This document shows positions 34,271 through 46,868 of a stretch of DNA of 64,000 nucleotides, piece after piece (within the stretch, counting starts at the first letter, position 1; each line of letters begins with the position of its first letter). The notes beneath the pieces are model-generated. The model saw nothing but the letters and a program-made list of their open reading frames with translations. It searched no databases and was not told the origin of the DNA. Position numbers and translations under genes: made by a program. The stretch comes from Mobula hypostoma (taxonomy: Eukaryota), in contig NC_086097.1 in NCBI RefSeq assembly GCF_963921235.1, forward strand, positions 228,658,001 to 228,722,000. Direction: 5' to 3'.

Positions 34271-37270
34271 CTAGAACCCTAGAATACCTCAGCAAAATAC
34301 AGGCCCTTCAGCCCTCGATATTGTGCCGACCCATATAATCCTTAAAAAAACAGAAAAGTGCTAAACCCACACAACCCCGTAATCCTCTATTTTTCTTTCA
34401 TCCATGTGCCTGTCCAAGAGGCTCTTAAGTACCCCTAATGTTTTAGCATCCACCACCATCCCTGGCAAGTCATTCCAGGCACCCACAACCCTCTGTGTAA
34501 AAAAACTTACACCTGAAGTCTCCCCTAAACTTCCCTCCCTTAACTTTGTACATATGCCCTCTGGTGTTTGCAATTCGTGCCCTGGGAAACAGGTACTGGC
34601 TATCCACCGTATCTATGCCTCTCATAGTCTTGTAGACCTCTATCAAGTCCCCTCTTATCCTTCTATGCCCCAAAGGGAAAAGTCCCAGCTCTGCTAACCT
34701 TGCCTCATAAGACTTGTTTTCCAATCCAGGCAACATCCTGGTAAATCTCCTCTGCACCCTCTCCATAGCTTCCACATCCTTCCTGTAATGAGATGACCAG
34801 ACTGAACACAATACTCTAAGTGTGGTCTCACCAGAGATTTGAAGAGTTGCAACATGACCTCTCTACTCTTGAACTCAATCCCCCTATTAATGAAGCCTAG
34901 CATCCCATAGGCCTTCTTAACTATCCTATCAACCTGTGCAGAGATCTTGAGGGATGTATGGATTTGAACCCCAAGGTCCCTCTGTTTGTCCACACTCTTA
35001 AGTACCGACCATTAACCCTGTACTCAGCCTTCTGGTTTGTCCTTCCAAAGTGCATCACCTCACACTTATCTGGATTGAATTCCATCTGCTACTTTTCTGC
35101 CTAACTCTGCATTCTGTCTATATCCTCTTGTAACCTTCGACAACCTACAGCTCAATCCACAATTCCACCAATCTTTGTGTTGTCTGCAAACTTACTCACC
35201 CATCCTGCCGCCTCTTCATCCAGGTCCTTTATAAAAATCACAAAGGGCAGGGATCCCAGGACAGATCCTTGCGACACTCCACTAGCCACCGACCTCCAGG
35301 CAGAATACTTCCCTTCCACTACAGTGCAACAGCCAAGGTTCCACTGGCCCCATGCCTTATGACTTTCTGGACGAGTCTCTTGTGGGGGACCTCGTCAAGT
35401 GCCTTGCTAAGATCCATGTAGAACACATCTACCGCCCTACCCTTATCAATTCCTTTTGTTACCTCTTCAAAAAACTCAATTAGGTTCGAGAGGCACGACC
35501 TTCCCTTTTCAATGCCATGTAGACTATCCTTGAGTAGACTACTTCTCCAAATATTCATAGATCCTATCCTTAAGAATACTTTCCAATAGTTTGCATACCA
35601 CCGATGTAAGACTCACCGGTCTATAATTCCCAGGATTTTTTAAACAAGGGAACTACATTTGCCATTCTCCAATCCTCCGGCACCTACCCTGCAGCCAAAG
35701 AGGATTCAAAGATCATAGCTACTGCTCCAGCGATCTCTTCTCTCACTTCCCACAGCAACCTGGGGTATGTCACATCCGGCCCTGGAGAGACTTGAAGGGT
35801 CTCGGCCTGAGACGTCAACTGTACCTCTTCCTAGAGATGCCGCCTGGCCTGCGTTCACCAGCAACTTTGATGTGTGTTGCTTAAATTTCCAGCATCTGCA
35901 GAATTCCTGTTGTTTGTGACTTGTCAATCTTGATGTTTTTAAGAAGATCCGATACTTCTTCTTCCTTAATCTCCACATTGTCCAGCACACAGGCCTGTTC
36001 TATTTTGACCTCATCCTGATTAAGGTCCTTTCCTCTTGTGAGTACTGAAGCAAAGTATTCATTTAGGACCTCCCCAACTTCCTCCGCCTCCAGGCACATG
36101 TTGCCTTCTTTATCCTTAAGCAGCCGACCTTCATTCTTGTCATCCTTCTGTTCTTCACATATGCATAGAACGCCTTGGGGTTCTCCTTAATCCTACATGC
36201 CAAGGCCTTCTCATGCCCTCTTCAAGCTCTCCTAAATCCTTTGTTAAGCTCATTCCTGGCTACCCTATAATTCTGATGAACCCCTCCAGCTTCCTGCTTC
36301 TTATATGTAACATATGCTTCCTTCTTCCTCTTGATGAATTGCCTCATGTGTTTCATCAGCCACGGTTCCCTTTTCCTACCATTTTTCTCTTGTCTCAGTG
36401 GGACAAATCTATCCTGAACCCAGCACAAGTGGTCCTTAAACTTCCTCCACATTACTTCTGTGCTTTCCCCCTTGAACATTGGTTTCCAATTTACTCTCGT
36501 TAATTCGTGCCTCATCCTCTCATAGTTAGCCCTTTCCCATTTTGTCTGTTTTCATCCTTTTCCATAGCTATGCTGAAGCTAAGGGAGTTGTGGTCACTCT
36601 CACCAAAATGCTCCCCCACCAAGAGGTCTGCCACCTGACCAGGTTCATTACCCAGAACTAGATCCAGTATGGCCTCTCCTCTCGTCAGCCAGTCCACATA
36701 TTGTGTCAGGAATCCTTCTTGAACACAGCTGACAAATTCAGACCCCTTGTAGTCAGGAGGTGCCTGTCAATATGAGGGAAGTTGAAATCACCCATAACTA
36801 CAACCCTGTATTTCCTGCACCATTCTAAAATCTGCCTGCTTATCTGCTCCTCGGTGTCCCGAGGGCTATTTGGGGGCCTATAGACTACTCCCAGCACAGT
36901 GATTGATCCCTTCCTATTTCTGACTTGCAACCACAACGACTCAGTGGTCACTCCCTCTGCAGCGTCCTCCCTTTCTATAGCCGTAATACTATCCCTGACC
37001 AGTAATGCTACTCTCCCCACCTTTTCTACCTCCCATCCTATTCCTTTTAAAACACCTAAACCCCGGTACCCGCATCAGCCAATCCTGCCCTTCCTCCAGC
37101 CAAGTTTCAATAATGGCCACAACATCGTTGATCCATGCTCTAAGTTCATCCCCTTTATTCCTAATACTCATAGCATTGAAATAGACACATTTCAGCCCCT
37201 CTAACTGGCTACATTTATGTTTTGTCCCCTGCCTGTCCTTCCTCACCAACTCAGAACACAGAGCATCATG
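34271..37270 (-). mobile_element. CR1 LINE covering most of ORF2 (decayed)
   Basis: CVYFNAMSIRNK, VVMGDFNFP, TRGEAILDLVL, SCLSNLIEFF and RPHLEYCVQ in successive minus-strand ORFs. Confidence 0.92.
35795..35917 (+). mobile_element. Short PLE terminal insertion in CR1
   Basis: Begins inside the hammerhead core (AAGGGTCTCGGCCTGAGACGTC) and includes the 3' tail; GACTTG is duplicated at 35789-35794 and 35918-35923. Confidence 0.88.
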
Positions 37271-37274
37271 CCCA

Positions 37275-37588
37275 GTAAGGTGAGTTACACAGCTCTCGTT
37301 ACATGCAAGTGCAGGCCAACTCTTTGAGTGATTATGCAGAAAGTTTGAAGTTACTAACTCATCTCCTTCTACCTTAGGCCACGAACTTATCAATCACCCC
37401 TGCTGTGGACCACTTTTTGAAGGTCCAAGATGCCGACTTCTACAAAGAAAGGATCCATATGCTCCATGACCACTGGACTAAGTGTGTAAATGTAGGGGGG
37501 GGGGACTATGTTGAAAAATAAATGTGCTAGCTTTTCTAAAATTGACTCCTTCTACCTTAGGCCATGAACTTATCAATCACCCCTCGTA
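37275..37588 (+). mobile_element. Mariner-type non-autonomous DNA transposon, right part
   Basis: Transposase C-terminus FYKERIHMLHDHWTKCVNVG/GDYVEK*; right TIR ...GAACTTATCAATCACCCCTCG followed by TA; an internal direct copy of the TIR at ~37363-37400. Confidence 0.85.
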
Positions 37589-38327
37589 CATTTCACTTTC
37601 CAAAATGCAATACCTCGCATTTCTCTGGATTAAACACCATCTGCTATTTCTATGCCCCTGCTTCCAACTGATTTATATCCAGAACGAAAGGATCCCAGCA
37701 CAGATCCTTCTGGAGCATCACTAGTCACAGACCTCCAGTCGGAGGAATACACCTCCACCACTGCTCTGCCTTCTATGACCAAGCCCCAATTTTGGATTCA
37801 GAAGATTAAGTCACATAGTGAGTTGGAAAATTAAATCCAAAATCTGCTTGTTAGATGTTGTTGACACAGGTCTCTCATGGTGTACCTTCTCAAATGTTTT
37901 ATTATGGCTATGTCAACAATATCTGCTACCCCCAACCAACACCTCCTCAAAACATTGGTTATCTGGAGTCACATATGGTCAGCTTATCTAAGGAAGGAAC
38001 ATTTCATCCCCTTCAATTATTTTTAATTCCACTTTGCTTTCTTTAATTTGAATTCCCATTGGTAGGGGATTCAAATGCGTGTCTCCCAATCTACACTGAG
38101 CTGCTGGACACTAGTGAGGATCTCTATGCTCATTATCCTGCTTGGTGCTATGAGAATTCAGTGTGAATCTTTCCATTATTTTCTTTATGCCATTCGAGCT
38201 TAACAATCAGAAGTAAGATTTCTTGTTCTCACTGTACAAACATTGATAGAACTCAAATGAACAGGAGAGCTGTTGTAAGACTTCCCTGTCCTCTTGTGAG
38301 ATGTGTGACAAAAGGAACTGAGTAATA

Positions 38328-38890
38328 CACTCAGTGGCCACTTTATTAGGTACACTTGTACGCCTGCTCGTCAATGCAAATATCTAAACAGCCAATCACG
38401 CGGCAGCAACTCAATGCATAAAAGCTTGCATACATGGTCAAGGGGTTCAATTGTTGTTCAGACTAAACATCAGATTGGGGAAGAAGTGTGATCTAAGTAA
38501 CTTTGACTGTGGAAAGATTGTTGGTGCCAGATGGGGTGATTTGAGTATCTCAGAAACTGGTGATCTCCTGGGATTTTCACACACTATAATCTCCAGAGTT
38601 TACAGAAAATGGTGTGAAAAACAAACAAAAATCCAGTGGGTGTCAGATCTGTGGGTGAAAATGCCTTGTTAATGAGAGAGGGTGGAGGAGAATGACCTGA
38701 CTGGTTCAAGCTGACAGGAAGAGGACAGTAACTCAAATACCTACACATTACAACATTACAGAAGAACATCTTCAAATCCAAAATATGTCAGACCCTGAAA
38801 CTGATGGCCTACAGCAGCAGAGGACCATGAACATACAAACAATGGCCACTTTATTAGGTACAGGCGACACATAATAAAATGGCTACTGAT
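38328..38890 (+). mobile_element. Tc1-like non-autonomous DNA transposon
   Basis: TA+CACTCAGTGGCCACTTTATTAGGTACA TIR; N-terminal HTH remnant (GKKCDLSNFDCGKIVGAR...ISETGDLLGFS); decayed right TIR at ~38870-38890. Confidence 0.8.
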
Positions 38891-39882
38891 ACCAAATGTG
38901 ATAAAGCATTGATTAAAATTTCTGTAAGCAATATTGGAAAATGGACAAGTCGTATTACCTTGAGTAATCGTGTGTGGAATGTTTTCAAACATTCTCCACC
39001 ACGAGAAACTTTCTCCTCCGAAGAAAAGTGAATGCTGGGATATCTGCCAATCTCAACCTGCCTGCAAATTTCTAATTTCGCACTTCTCATGTCATTTTCC
39101 AGTTTCTTTGTTTGAAAGTTAACAACAAGGCCGGGTGCTGAAAGGGGTGACTGTTTGCTTTAGGATCTTTCGGAAAAAGTATAATTTTACTGAGGTTATT
39201 AATTTAACGCAGAAAAAACTCTGAAGTATTTTCAGATGGAAATCAGCTCTGCCTTCTGGCCTGAGCACTGTTCATAGTGATGACAAAAAGCAGAGGAGGT
39301 CACCATTGTCTATATTTTCACGCCACTCAAGGACACTTTTGCCCTGTCAGTCATTGATATCAACACCATATCAGATGCAGCTTCAGTCAGAAGCCATTAC
39401 AAACTCAGTAAGCAAAAACAATCTTGCCAATTCTTTGCTGGATACAGTTGCTGGTAATTGAAAAGAAACGCCTAGTTTTAATTCCCTTGCTCAGCAGGAG
39501 CAAGGACAGAAAGCTCAGTAACAAGCTAAATAAATGATGCAGCCAAGGGCTGGGAGTAAATTCGACCACCTGATCCTTACGTTCAGCACTAATTTCACAG
39601 AATCTCTCCAGTCCTCCTTAAAACCTCAACTCTTCGCAAGAGATAAGAAATGGGAGGAAGGTTAGTCCACATATCCCACCAAGTACAGAGAAAATTTACG
39701 AGGAATGTTGCCGGGACTAGAGGACCTGAGATACGAGGAAAAATAAACTTTATTCAACTGACACAATAATTCAGTTTAAAAACGCAAACACAAGGAAATC
39801 TGCAGATGCTGGAAATTCAAGCAACACACATCAAAGTTGCTGGTGAACGCAGCAGGCCAGGCAGCATCTCTAGGAAGAGGTA

Positions 39883-39920
39883 CAGTCGACGTTTCGGGCC
39901 GAGACCCTTCATCAGGACTA
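39883..39920 (-). ncRNA. Minimal type I hammerhead ribozyme motif (best-preserved copy)
   Basis: TAGTC-CTGATGA-A-GGGT(CTCG)GCCC-GAAAC-GTC-GACTG. Confidence 0.85.
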
Positions 39921-40435
39921 ACTGAAGGAAGAACTAGTAAGAGATTTGAAAGTGGGAGGGGGAGGGGGAGATCCAAAATGATAGGAGAAGACAGGAGGGG
40001 GAAGGGATGGAGCCAAGAGCTGGACAGGTGATTGGCTAAAGGGATATGAGAGGATCATGGGATGGGGGGAAAAAAACCCAGAGGATGGGCAAGGGGTATA
40101 GTGAGGGGGACAGAGGGAGAAAAAGGAGAGAGAGAAAAAGAAAAATAATGTGTCCCATCCGTTATTTATTTGTATACACACATTCTTTTTCTTTTTCTCT
40201 CTCTCCTTTTTCTCCCTCTGTCCCTCTCACTATACCCCTTGCCCATCCTCTGGTTTCCCCCCCCTCCCCCTTTTCTTTCTCCTTGGGCCTCCTGTCCCAT
40301 GATCCTCTCATATCTCTTTTGCCAATCACCTGTCCAGCTCTTGGCTCCATCCCTTCCCCTCCTGTCTTCTCGTATCATTTTGGATCTCCCCCTCCCCCTC
40401 CCACTTTCAAATCTCTAACTAGCTCTTCTTTCAGT

Positions 40436-40473
40436 TAGTCCTGATGAAGGGTCTCGGCCTGAAACGTCGACTG
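40436..40473 (+). ncRNA. Minimal type I hammerhead ribozyme motif
   Basis: TAGTC-CTGATGA-A-GGGT(CTCG)GCCT-GAAAC-GTC-GACTG. Confidence 0.82.
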
Positions 40474-42171
40474 TACCTCTTCCTAGAGATGCTGCCTGGC
40501 CTGCTGCGTTCACCAGCAGCTTTGATTTGTGTTGCTACAATAATTCAGATATTATGTTACTCTCAGGTTTTGTTGTTGTTGACAATACCTGCCATTTAGC
40601 CTCTCAGGTCCGTTCTGAGATTTAATTTGACCAAGGCTGATCTGTACATCATATTCACCAGCCAACAATTTAATGATTTCAGGATTAATTGCTGGAACTA
40701 AATTAACTTCACATAGTAATACACAAGCTTTTAGATCATAGATTTGGTCTGATAATAAAACTGTATTCCAGCTGTGAACATTATAGACTTGTTAGCAAAA
40801 ATCCCGAAAGGTTGCATCCCTTCCTGGAGGATTCAGTTCCAAAGCCAAGCCAAGAATTAAACATCACAGGAATCATGAAAAATAGTCCACATGCTGAGGG
40901 CTAATTTGGACAAGTGGCTGTCACTTTCAAACTAATTAATGCACAATATTTGTAGCACCAACTCTAATTCAGGTTATCTCACGATAGTTTTCACAGAATG
41001 CAGCTGCTGATTAAAACTGCTCCAAATTTAGAGTTAAGTGATAATAGCTGTCATCTGTACAGACGAATCCTCACCCAGTAACAGTACACTAACACTGGAT
41101 TACTTCACCAAAGTTAAATAAGAAAGAGAGCTTGTATATTAATAACTTTCTGGAAAATCTATTACTCTTTGCAAACATTGGATCTCCATGGCAATCTCAT
41201 AGGGTCAGCTTAGCCTTTTTAGCTTTATTGTTATAGTTAGTTACAAACCTTGACATAAAAATGTCTTTTGCTGCTCTTAAACTGGAGTCCAGCAAATATT
41301 AATTTCTAGTTTAGTTATCATTCAACCATACATGAATATAGCCAAACAAAACAGAGTTCGTCCGAGGCCAAGGTGCAAAACATATTACCAACAGTACACA
41401 GCACATAGCATATATAGCACATATAGTTACCATAGTAGAAAAAAAATGTATACTCAAGTCCCAAGTGGCATGGCTTGTATATTGATGGTGCATGGGTTGT
41501 TGGTCTGAATCAGCTTGTTCTTCCACTGAGAAGAACAGCAGCGAGCAGACACTGGAGGGCAGCACTGAGGGAAGGGGCCAGCCCTAATGCAGTACACTTT
41601 CCAGCATGCTCACAGAGGTCTCTGCTCTCTTCCACACTGCCTCCAGCATCTTCTGTCCTGCATAGCTGCAACAGACATAAAGGCCTTGTCTGTGCAACAA
41701 CCAAGGCGAAGCAATTACCCTACCATTGGTCTCTCCAATGAACCAGCGTAACTAGACTCGCTCTACTCATTACCAATGCCTAAAATGGGGGAAAATGACC
41801 AAGACAATCACTCGCTCTGTTTGTTGGAATGCATAATGCCTTGGCCCATCAACAGTAAAAGTCCAGGCGACAACACGACATTGAAGCACAATAAGCCCAG
41901 CTCCATCACTATCGTGCAACTCAATGATAGGGTAGACGAGCAGTACTTGATTTCCTTAATAACCTGCAGTGTATTGCGTTTGGAAAAGAAATGATGTAAA
42001 GGATGAACGATTACACCTTTGAGTGGGCCCAGAGGAGCTGCTGCACCCTAGCGTGCTGCCACTTTACCGGAATTTAACCCCGGACTTTCTACTAGTTGTC
42101 AGATGCTTGCTTTACCTAAGCAAACTTCCCATCCATTTTTGCTTCCTAATCATCTCACAAATTAATTTACA

Positions 42172-43300
42172 CACTCAGAGGTCACTTCAGTACAGCAGGT
42201 ATAGGAGTGGAACTTGGTGTGGTCTTCTGCTGCTGTAGTCCATCCACCTCAAGGTTCAACATGATGTGCATTCACAGATGCTCTTCTGCACACCGCTGTT
42301 GTAATGCATGGTTATTTGAGTTACCGTCGTCTTTCTGTCAGCTTGAACCAGACTGGTTATTCTCCTCTGAACTTTCTCATTAACAACCACCGAACTGCCA
42401 CTCACTCAATTTTTTTTTGGTTTTTGCACCTTTCTCTGTAAACTCTAGAGACTGTTGTGCATGAAAAACCCAGCAGATCAGCAGTTTCTGAGATATTCAA
42501 ACCACCCCATCTGACACCAACAATCATTCTGCTCTCAAAATCACTTAAATCACATTTCTTCCCCGTTCTGGTGTTTGGTCTAAGTAACAACAGAACCTCT
42601 TGACCACGTCTGCATCCTTTTATGCATTGAGTTGCTGTCACATTAGATAGAAACATAGAAAACATACAGCACAATACAGGCCCTTCGGCCCACAAAGCTG
42701 TGCTGAACAGGTCCCTACCGTAGAACTACCTAGGCTTTACCAATAGCCCTCTATTTTTCTAAGCTCCATGTAGCCATCCAGGAGTCTCTTAAAAGACCCT
42801 ATCGTTTCGGTCTCCACCGCCGCCGCCAGCAGCCCATTCCACGCACTCACCACTCTCTGCGTAAAAAACTTACCCCTGACATCTCCTCTGTACCTACATT
42901 GATGCACCTTAAAATTATGCCCTCTCATTTCAGCCCTGGGGAAAAGCCTCTGACTATCCATACGATCAATGCCTCTCATTATCTTGTACACCTCTATCAG
43001 GTCACCTCTCATCCTCCGTCGCTCCAAGGAGAAAAGGCTGAGTTCACTCAACCTATTCTCATAAGGCATGCTCCCCAATCCAGGCAACATCCTTGTAAAT
43101 CTCCTCTGCACCCTTTCTATGGTTTCCATGTCCTTCCTGTAGTAAGGCGACCAGAATTGAGGACAGTACTCCAAGTGGGGACTGACCAGGGTCCTATATA
43201 CTGTAGCTGCAACATTTCCTCTCGGCTCTTAAACTCAATCCCACATATTTGCATTAATGAGCAGGTGTATAGCAGTACCTAATATAGTGACCACTAAGTG
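42172..43300 (-). mobile_element. Tc1-like non-autonomous element (same family as 38328), split by CR1
   Basis: TGKKCDLSDFESRMIVG...ISETADLLGFS on the minus strand; TIR remnant GTACCTAATATAGTGACCACTAAGTG at 43275-43300. Confidence 0.8.
42646..43225 (-). mobile_element. CR1 3' fragment nested in the Tc1-like element
   Basis: LEYCPQFWSP...ERVQRRFTRMLPG...FFTQRVV; ATAGAAAC-type tail. Confidence 0.9.
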
Positions 43301-44715
43301 GATGTGAAAGTTGTTATCAATTAAAGCAATTTAAATAAATGATTACCATTATCTAAACTGGATAACACTTTATCCAGTTTAGGAACTAGCTGTTATCCAG
43401 AACAAACTAGCAATTTCCTGCACAACAAGAAGTCAAACGTATTATTGTGAACATTGGTGTATCGTTCTAGTGCTACATATTGAAATGGATTCAATCAATG
43501 TTACTTCTGAGGCAAATTGTAATTTTAATGTAAAAAATCTGACCAAAGGTCACTTGGAGCAATGATCTGATAACATTAAATAAATATCGTAAAGCTAAAT
43601 TACCAGTTAGTTTTAAATTTAATCAGATGTCATAAATTTAAATACATAGATGAGAATATTTAATCATGAAAAATTAAGTGGATACATTCTCAAGAAGTGC
43701 TAAGATGTTTCAATAGCTGGGGAAAGTATCCTGCAAGTAATCAATTGCCTATCTTTCACCCATGGAGAACTATTCTATGCAGGGATAATGTGAATGTGGG
43801 GGATGGAAATAGTGGATAATAGAGTCCAGAATCCTGACCTTAGCTGATTCTTCCCCTGTCATATCACTAAGTGGATGCCTTTTTTCGACCTTCTCTAATG
43901 CTGGTGAGAATGTGATTGACGAAAACAATGGATGGATGAATTGGTAGGTGGGGCAGCGATCAACAATTAGTATCTCGGCAATATCAATAGACACTGAATA
44001 ACTCAAAATAACTTAAGTTTGTGGCTTCTCCTCCAGCAAGGATACATAGCTAATAGCATTTTCATAGTGGTTTCTCTACAAATAAGTGAGTGAGATGGTA
44101 GATGGGTAAGTGCTGAGTTTGTAAAAGGGTGAATGATACGTGAGTGTGCTCATGTGGGAGAAGTGAATAACTGGGTGCAAGTTGCTGGGTAAGTGAATGA
44201 GTGGGTGGTCAGTAAGGGGGTGAATGGGTAAACAAGTGCATGAGCGGATGGGTGAGTGAGTGGATAAGTGGTTGAGTCAGTGATTAGATAAAGAACTGAA
44301 GGAGTGGATGAGTTAAAGAATCAGCAGCTAAAAGTGCAAGTGAGGGTGAGTGGGTGAGTAAGGGCACGAGTTGGTGAGTTGATGAGTTAGAGGGTAGTTA
44401 ATGGGAGAGGATGGATGAAGGGTGAGAGAGGAGCGACGAAGTAATTGAAAATACACAGCAGTGAGTGCACGTACAGCAACAAACACAAAATGCTGGAGGA
44501 ACTCAGCAGGTTAGGAAGCATCTACAGAGGGAAATGAACAGTTTCGGGCTTAGACCCTTCACCAGGACTGGAAAAGAAGACGGCAGAAGCCAGAATAAAA
44601 CACCGCAGAGGGATGGAAAGGAGCATAATCTGGCGTGTTATGGGTGAGTCCGGGTGAGAGGGAAAGATAGGTGGATGGGTGAGTGTTATTCTCCAAGGGA
44701 TGAGTGTGTGTAAAG

Positions 44716-44909
44716 CAGGGGTGGCCAACCTTTTACATTCCATGCGTCAATTTTTTCACTCACGAGTTCAGATGCACCATACAACTCTTGCACCCCCATT
44801 CAATTCTTGTAAAACTATGTTAATATAGAACTCGTGCCTGAAAAAAATCGCATCTGAACTCATGCGTGAAAAAATCGACGCATGGTATGTAAAAGGTTGG
44901 CCACCCCTG
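44716..44909. mobile_element. hAT-type MITE
   Basis: ~60-bp TIRs beginning CAGGGGTGGCCAACC; 8-bp TSD GTGTAAAG / GTGCAAAG. Confidence 0.92.
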
Positions 44910-45046
44910 GTGCAAAGGGTGAGGCAATATGTCAGTGAGAGGATGGGTGAGAAAGTGAATAGCTTGTCGACTGAGCAGCGCAGAGGTATGATGAGTGTGC
45001 AATTGAGTGGGGGTAAGTGTAAGTGTGTCTGTGAATGGGTAAGTGT

Positions 45047-45048
<2 letters not shown>

Positions 45049-45077
<29 letters not shown>
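45049..45077. repeat. (GT)14 microsatellite
   Basis: Direct reading. Confidence 0.95.
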
Positions 45078-45079
<2 letters not shown>

Positions 45080-45269
45080 TGTGAGAGAAAGAGGGCAAAG
45101 AGCATTGTGGGTAAATGAGTGTGAGTGGCTGAGTATAAAAGGGAGTGTGAGTAACTGGGAAAGCAGGTCTGAGTTCTGAGTTTAATGTGTGAATTGCTGA
45201 GTCACAGCCTGTGTAAATGGGGGGGAATGGATGTGTAAATAGGCAGTAAATGAGCAGGTATATGCCAAG

Positions 45270-45550
45270 ATAAAGATTAACTTTATTTCTCACGTGTACA
45301 TGAAAACATAGAGTGAAATGTGTCATTTTGCGCCAGATTAAATCAGCAAGGACTGTGCTGGGCAGCCCACAAGTGTCACCACGCTTCCAGTGTCAACAAA
45401 GCATGCCAACAACTCACTCGCCCTAACTATACATCTTTCGAATATGGGAGGAAACCGGAGGACTTAGAGGAAACCCTCACGGTCACGGGTAGAATGTACA
45501 AACTCCGTATAAATAGCAGTGTAAATTGAACCCTGATCTTGCCACAGGCA
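45270..45550 (-). mobile_element. V-domain SINE
   Basis: Minus strand GGGTTCAAT, GGGTTTCCTCTAAGTCCTCCGGTTTCCTCCCATATTCGAAAG; tail shared with the copies at 9243 and 63020. Confidence 0.75.
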
Positions 45551-45689
45551 TGGCCATAGCCCTTTGCTAACTGGCACGGTACCATGTAGCGCTAGAGTAG
45601 GTGAGCTGGTTGGTGCTTGACTGAATGGGTCATTGTGTAGTGGGTGACGGTGCATGGGTGAGTGGGTCAATGACTGAACGAGAAGCTGG

Positions 45690-46115
45690 GTGTCAGTGCG
45701 TTGGTGAGGGCACGTTCTGGGTGATGGGGCTCCTCAATGGTGGATGCTGCCTTTTTCAGGCACCGCCTTTGGGATCCTTGATTCTGGGGAGGCTCGTGCC
45801 CACGACTGAGCTTGATGTGTTTACGACATTCTGTAGCTTTGTCTGATCCTGTGTAGTGGCCCCTCCTCACCAGATAGTGAAGAAACCAGTGAGGATGCTC
45901 TCCGTTGTACTTCTGTAGAAATTTACAAGTGCCTTTGGTGTCATACCAATTCTCCTCAAACTCCTGAAATGTAATATCACTGCTGACATGCCTTCCTTGT
46001 AATTGCATCAATACAATGGGCCCAGTGTAGATTTTCAGAGATGTTGACACCCAAAACTTGAAACTGCCCACAATTTCCTCTTCACATCCCTTCATTAGGA
46101 CTGGTGTGTGTTCCC
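45690..46115 (-). mobile_element. Rex1-type LINE RT C-terminal fragment
   Basis: HTPVLMKG..EEIVGSFKF and later motifs homologous to 52730-53100. Confidence 0.7.
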
Positions 46116-46139
46116 TGGTTTGGATAACAGAATTGATGG

Positions 46140-46868
46140 ATTTGGACTGAGTTTGAAACAATACAAAGATAGGTGGAGGGGCATATAACTTTGAGGGAGC
46201 ATGTTGGCTACAGAGAGACTTAGACTGATTAGGTGAATGGGCAAAGATAGGTTAAATGAGGTAGGAAATGTACGGTCATGCACTTTAGTGGAAGGAAGAA
46301 GAGTATAGACTTTTTCTAAGTGGGCAGAAAATTCAAAAATCCAAGGTGCAAAGGGACTTGGGAATCCACGTGCAAGGTTACCTAAAGGTTAATGTGCAGG
46401 TTGAGTTGGTAGTGAGGAAGGCAAATGCAATGTGAGCATTCACTTCGAGAGGACTAGAATATAAAAGCAAGGATGCAATGCTGAGGATTTATAAGGCCCT
46501 GGTGAGGCCTCACTTGGAGTATTGTAAGCAGTTTTAGGCCCCTTATCTAAGAAAGGATGTGCTGACATTGGGAAAGAGAAGGTGCAGCCTCAGAATAGAG
46601 GAAGTTCATTTAGCACAGAGATGAGGAGGAATTTCTTTAGCCATAACGGTGGAATTTGTTACCACAGATGGCTGTGGAGGCCAGCTCATTGGGTATTTTT
46701 AAGGCGGAGGCTGATAGATTCTTGATTAGTCAGGATGTGAAAGGTTACAGGGAGAAGGCAGGAGATTGGGGTTGTGAAGGAAAATAGATCAGCCATCATG
46801 AAATAGCAGAGCAGACTCGATGGCCAAAATGGCCTAATTCTGCTCCTACATCTTGTGGTCTTATGGTC
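46140..46868 (+). mobile_element. CR1 3' fragment
   Basis: IYKALVRPHLEYC...YLRKDVL remnant; CTTGTGGTCTTATGGTC tail. Confidence 0.85.

Larger units (their letters stand above)
39775..40536. mobile_element. Young fold-back PLE mini-element (two inverted pLTR-like arms)
   Basis: Arms ~39821-40140 and ~40190-40535 are near-exact reverse complements; perfect TSD ACAATAATTCAG at 39763-39774 and 40537-40548; no RT or EN coding sequence. Confidence 0.93.
44085..45260. repeat. Degenerate G/T-rich low-complexity region (TGAGTG/GGGTGA-like units)
   Basis: Many imperfect GGGTGAGT/GTGAATG units; hosts a PLE fragment (~44475-44690), a hAT MITE and a (GT)n tract. Confidence 0.6.

Noticed and set aside
43839..43993. 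Possible minus-strand exon (ttattcag ... AAG|gtcagg) with an open frame
   Set aside because: Weak acceptor, unrecognised peptide, and a phase incompatible with the 39137 candidate exon.
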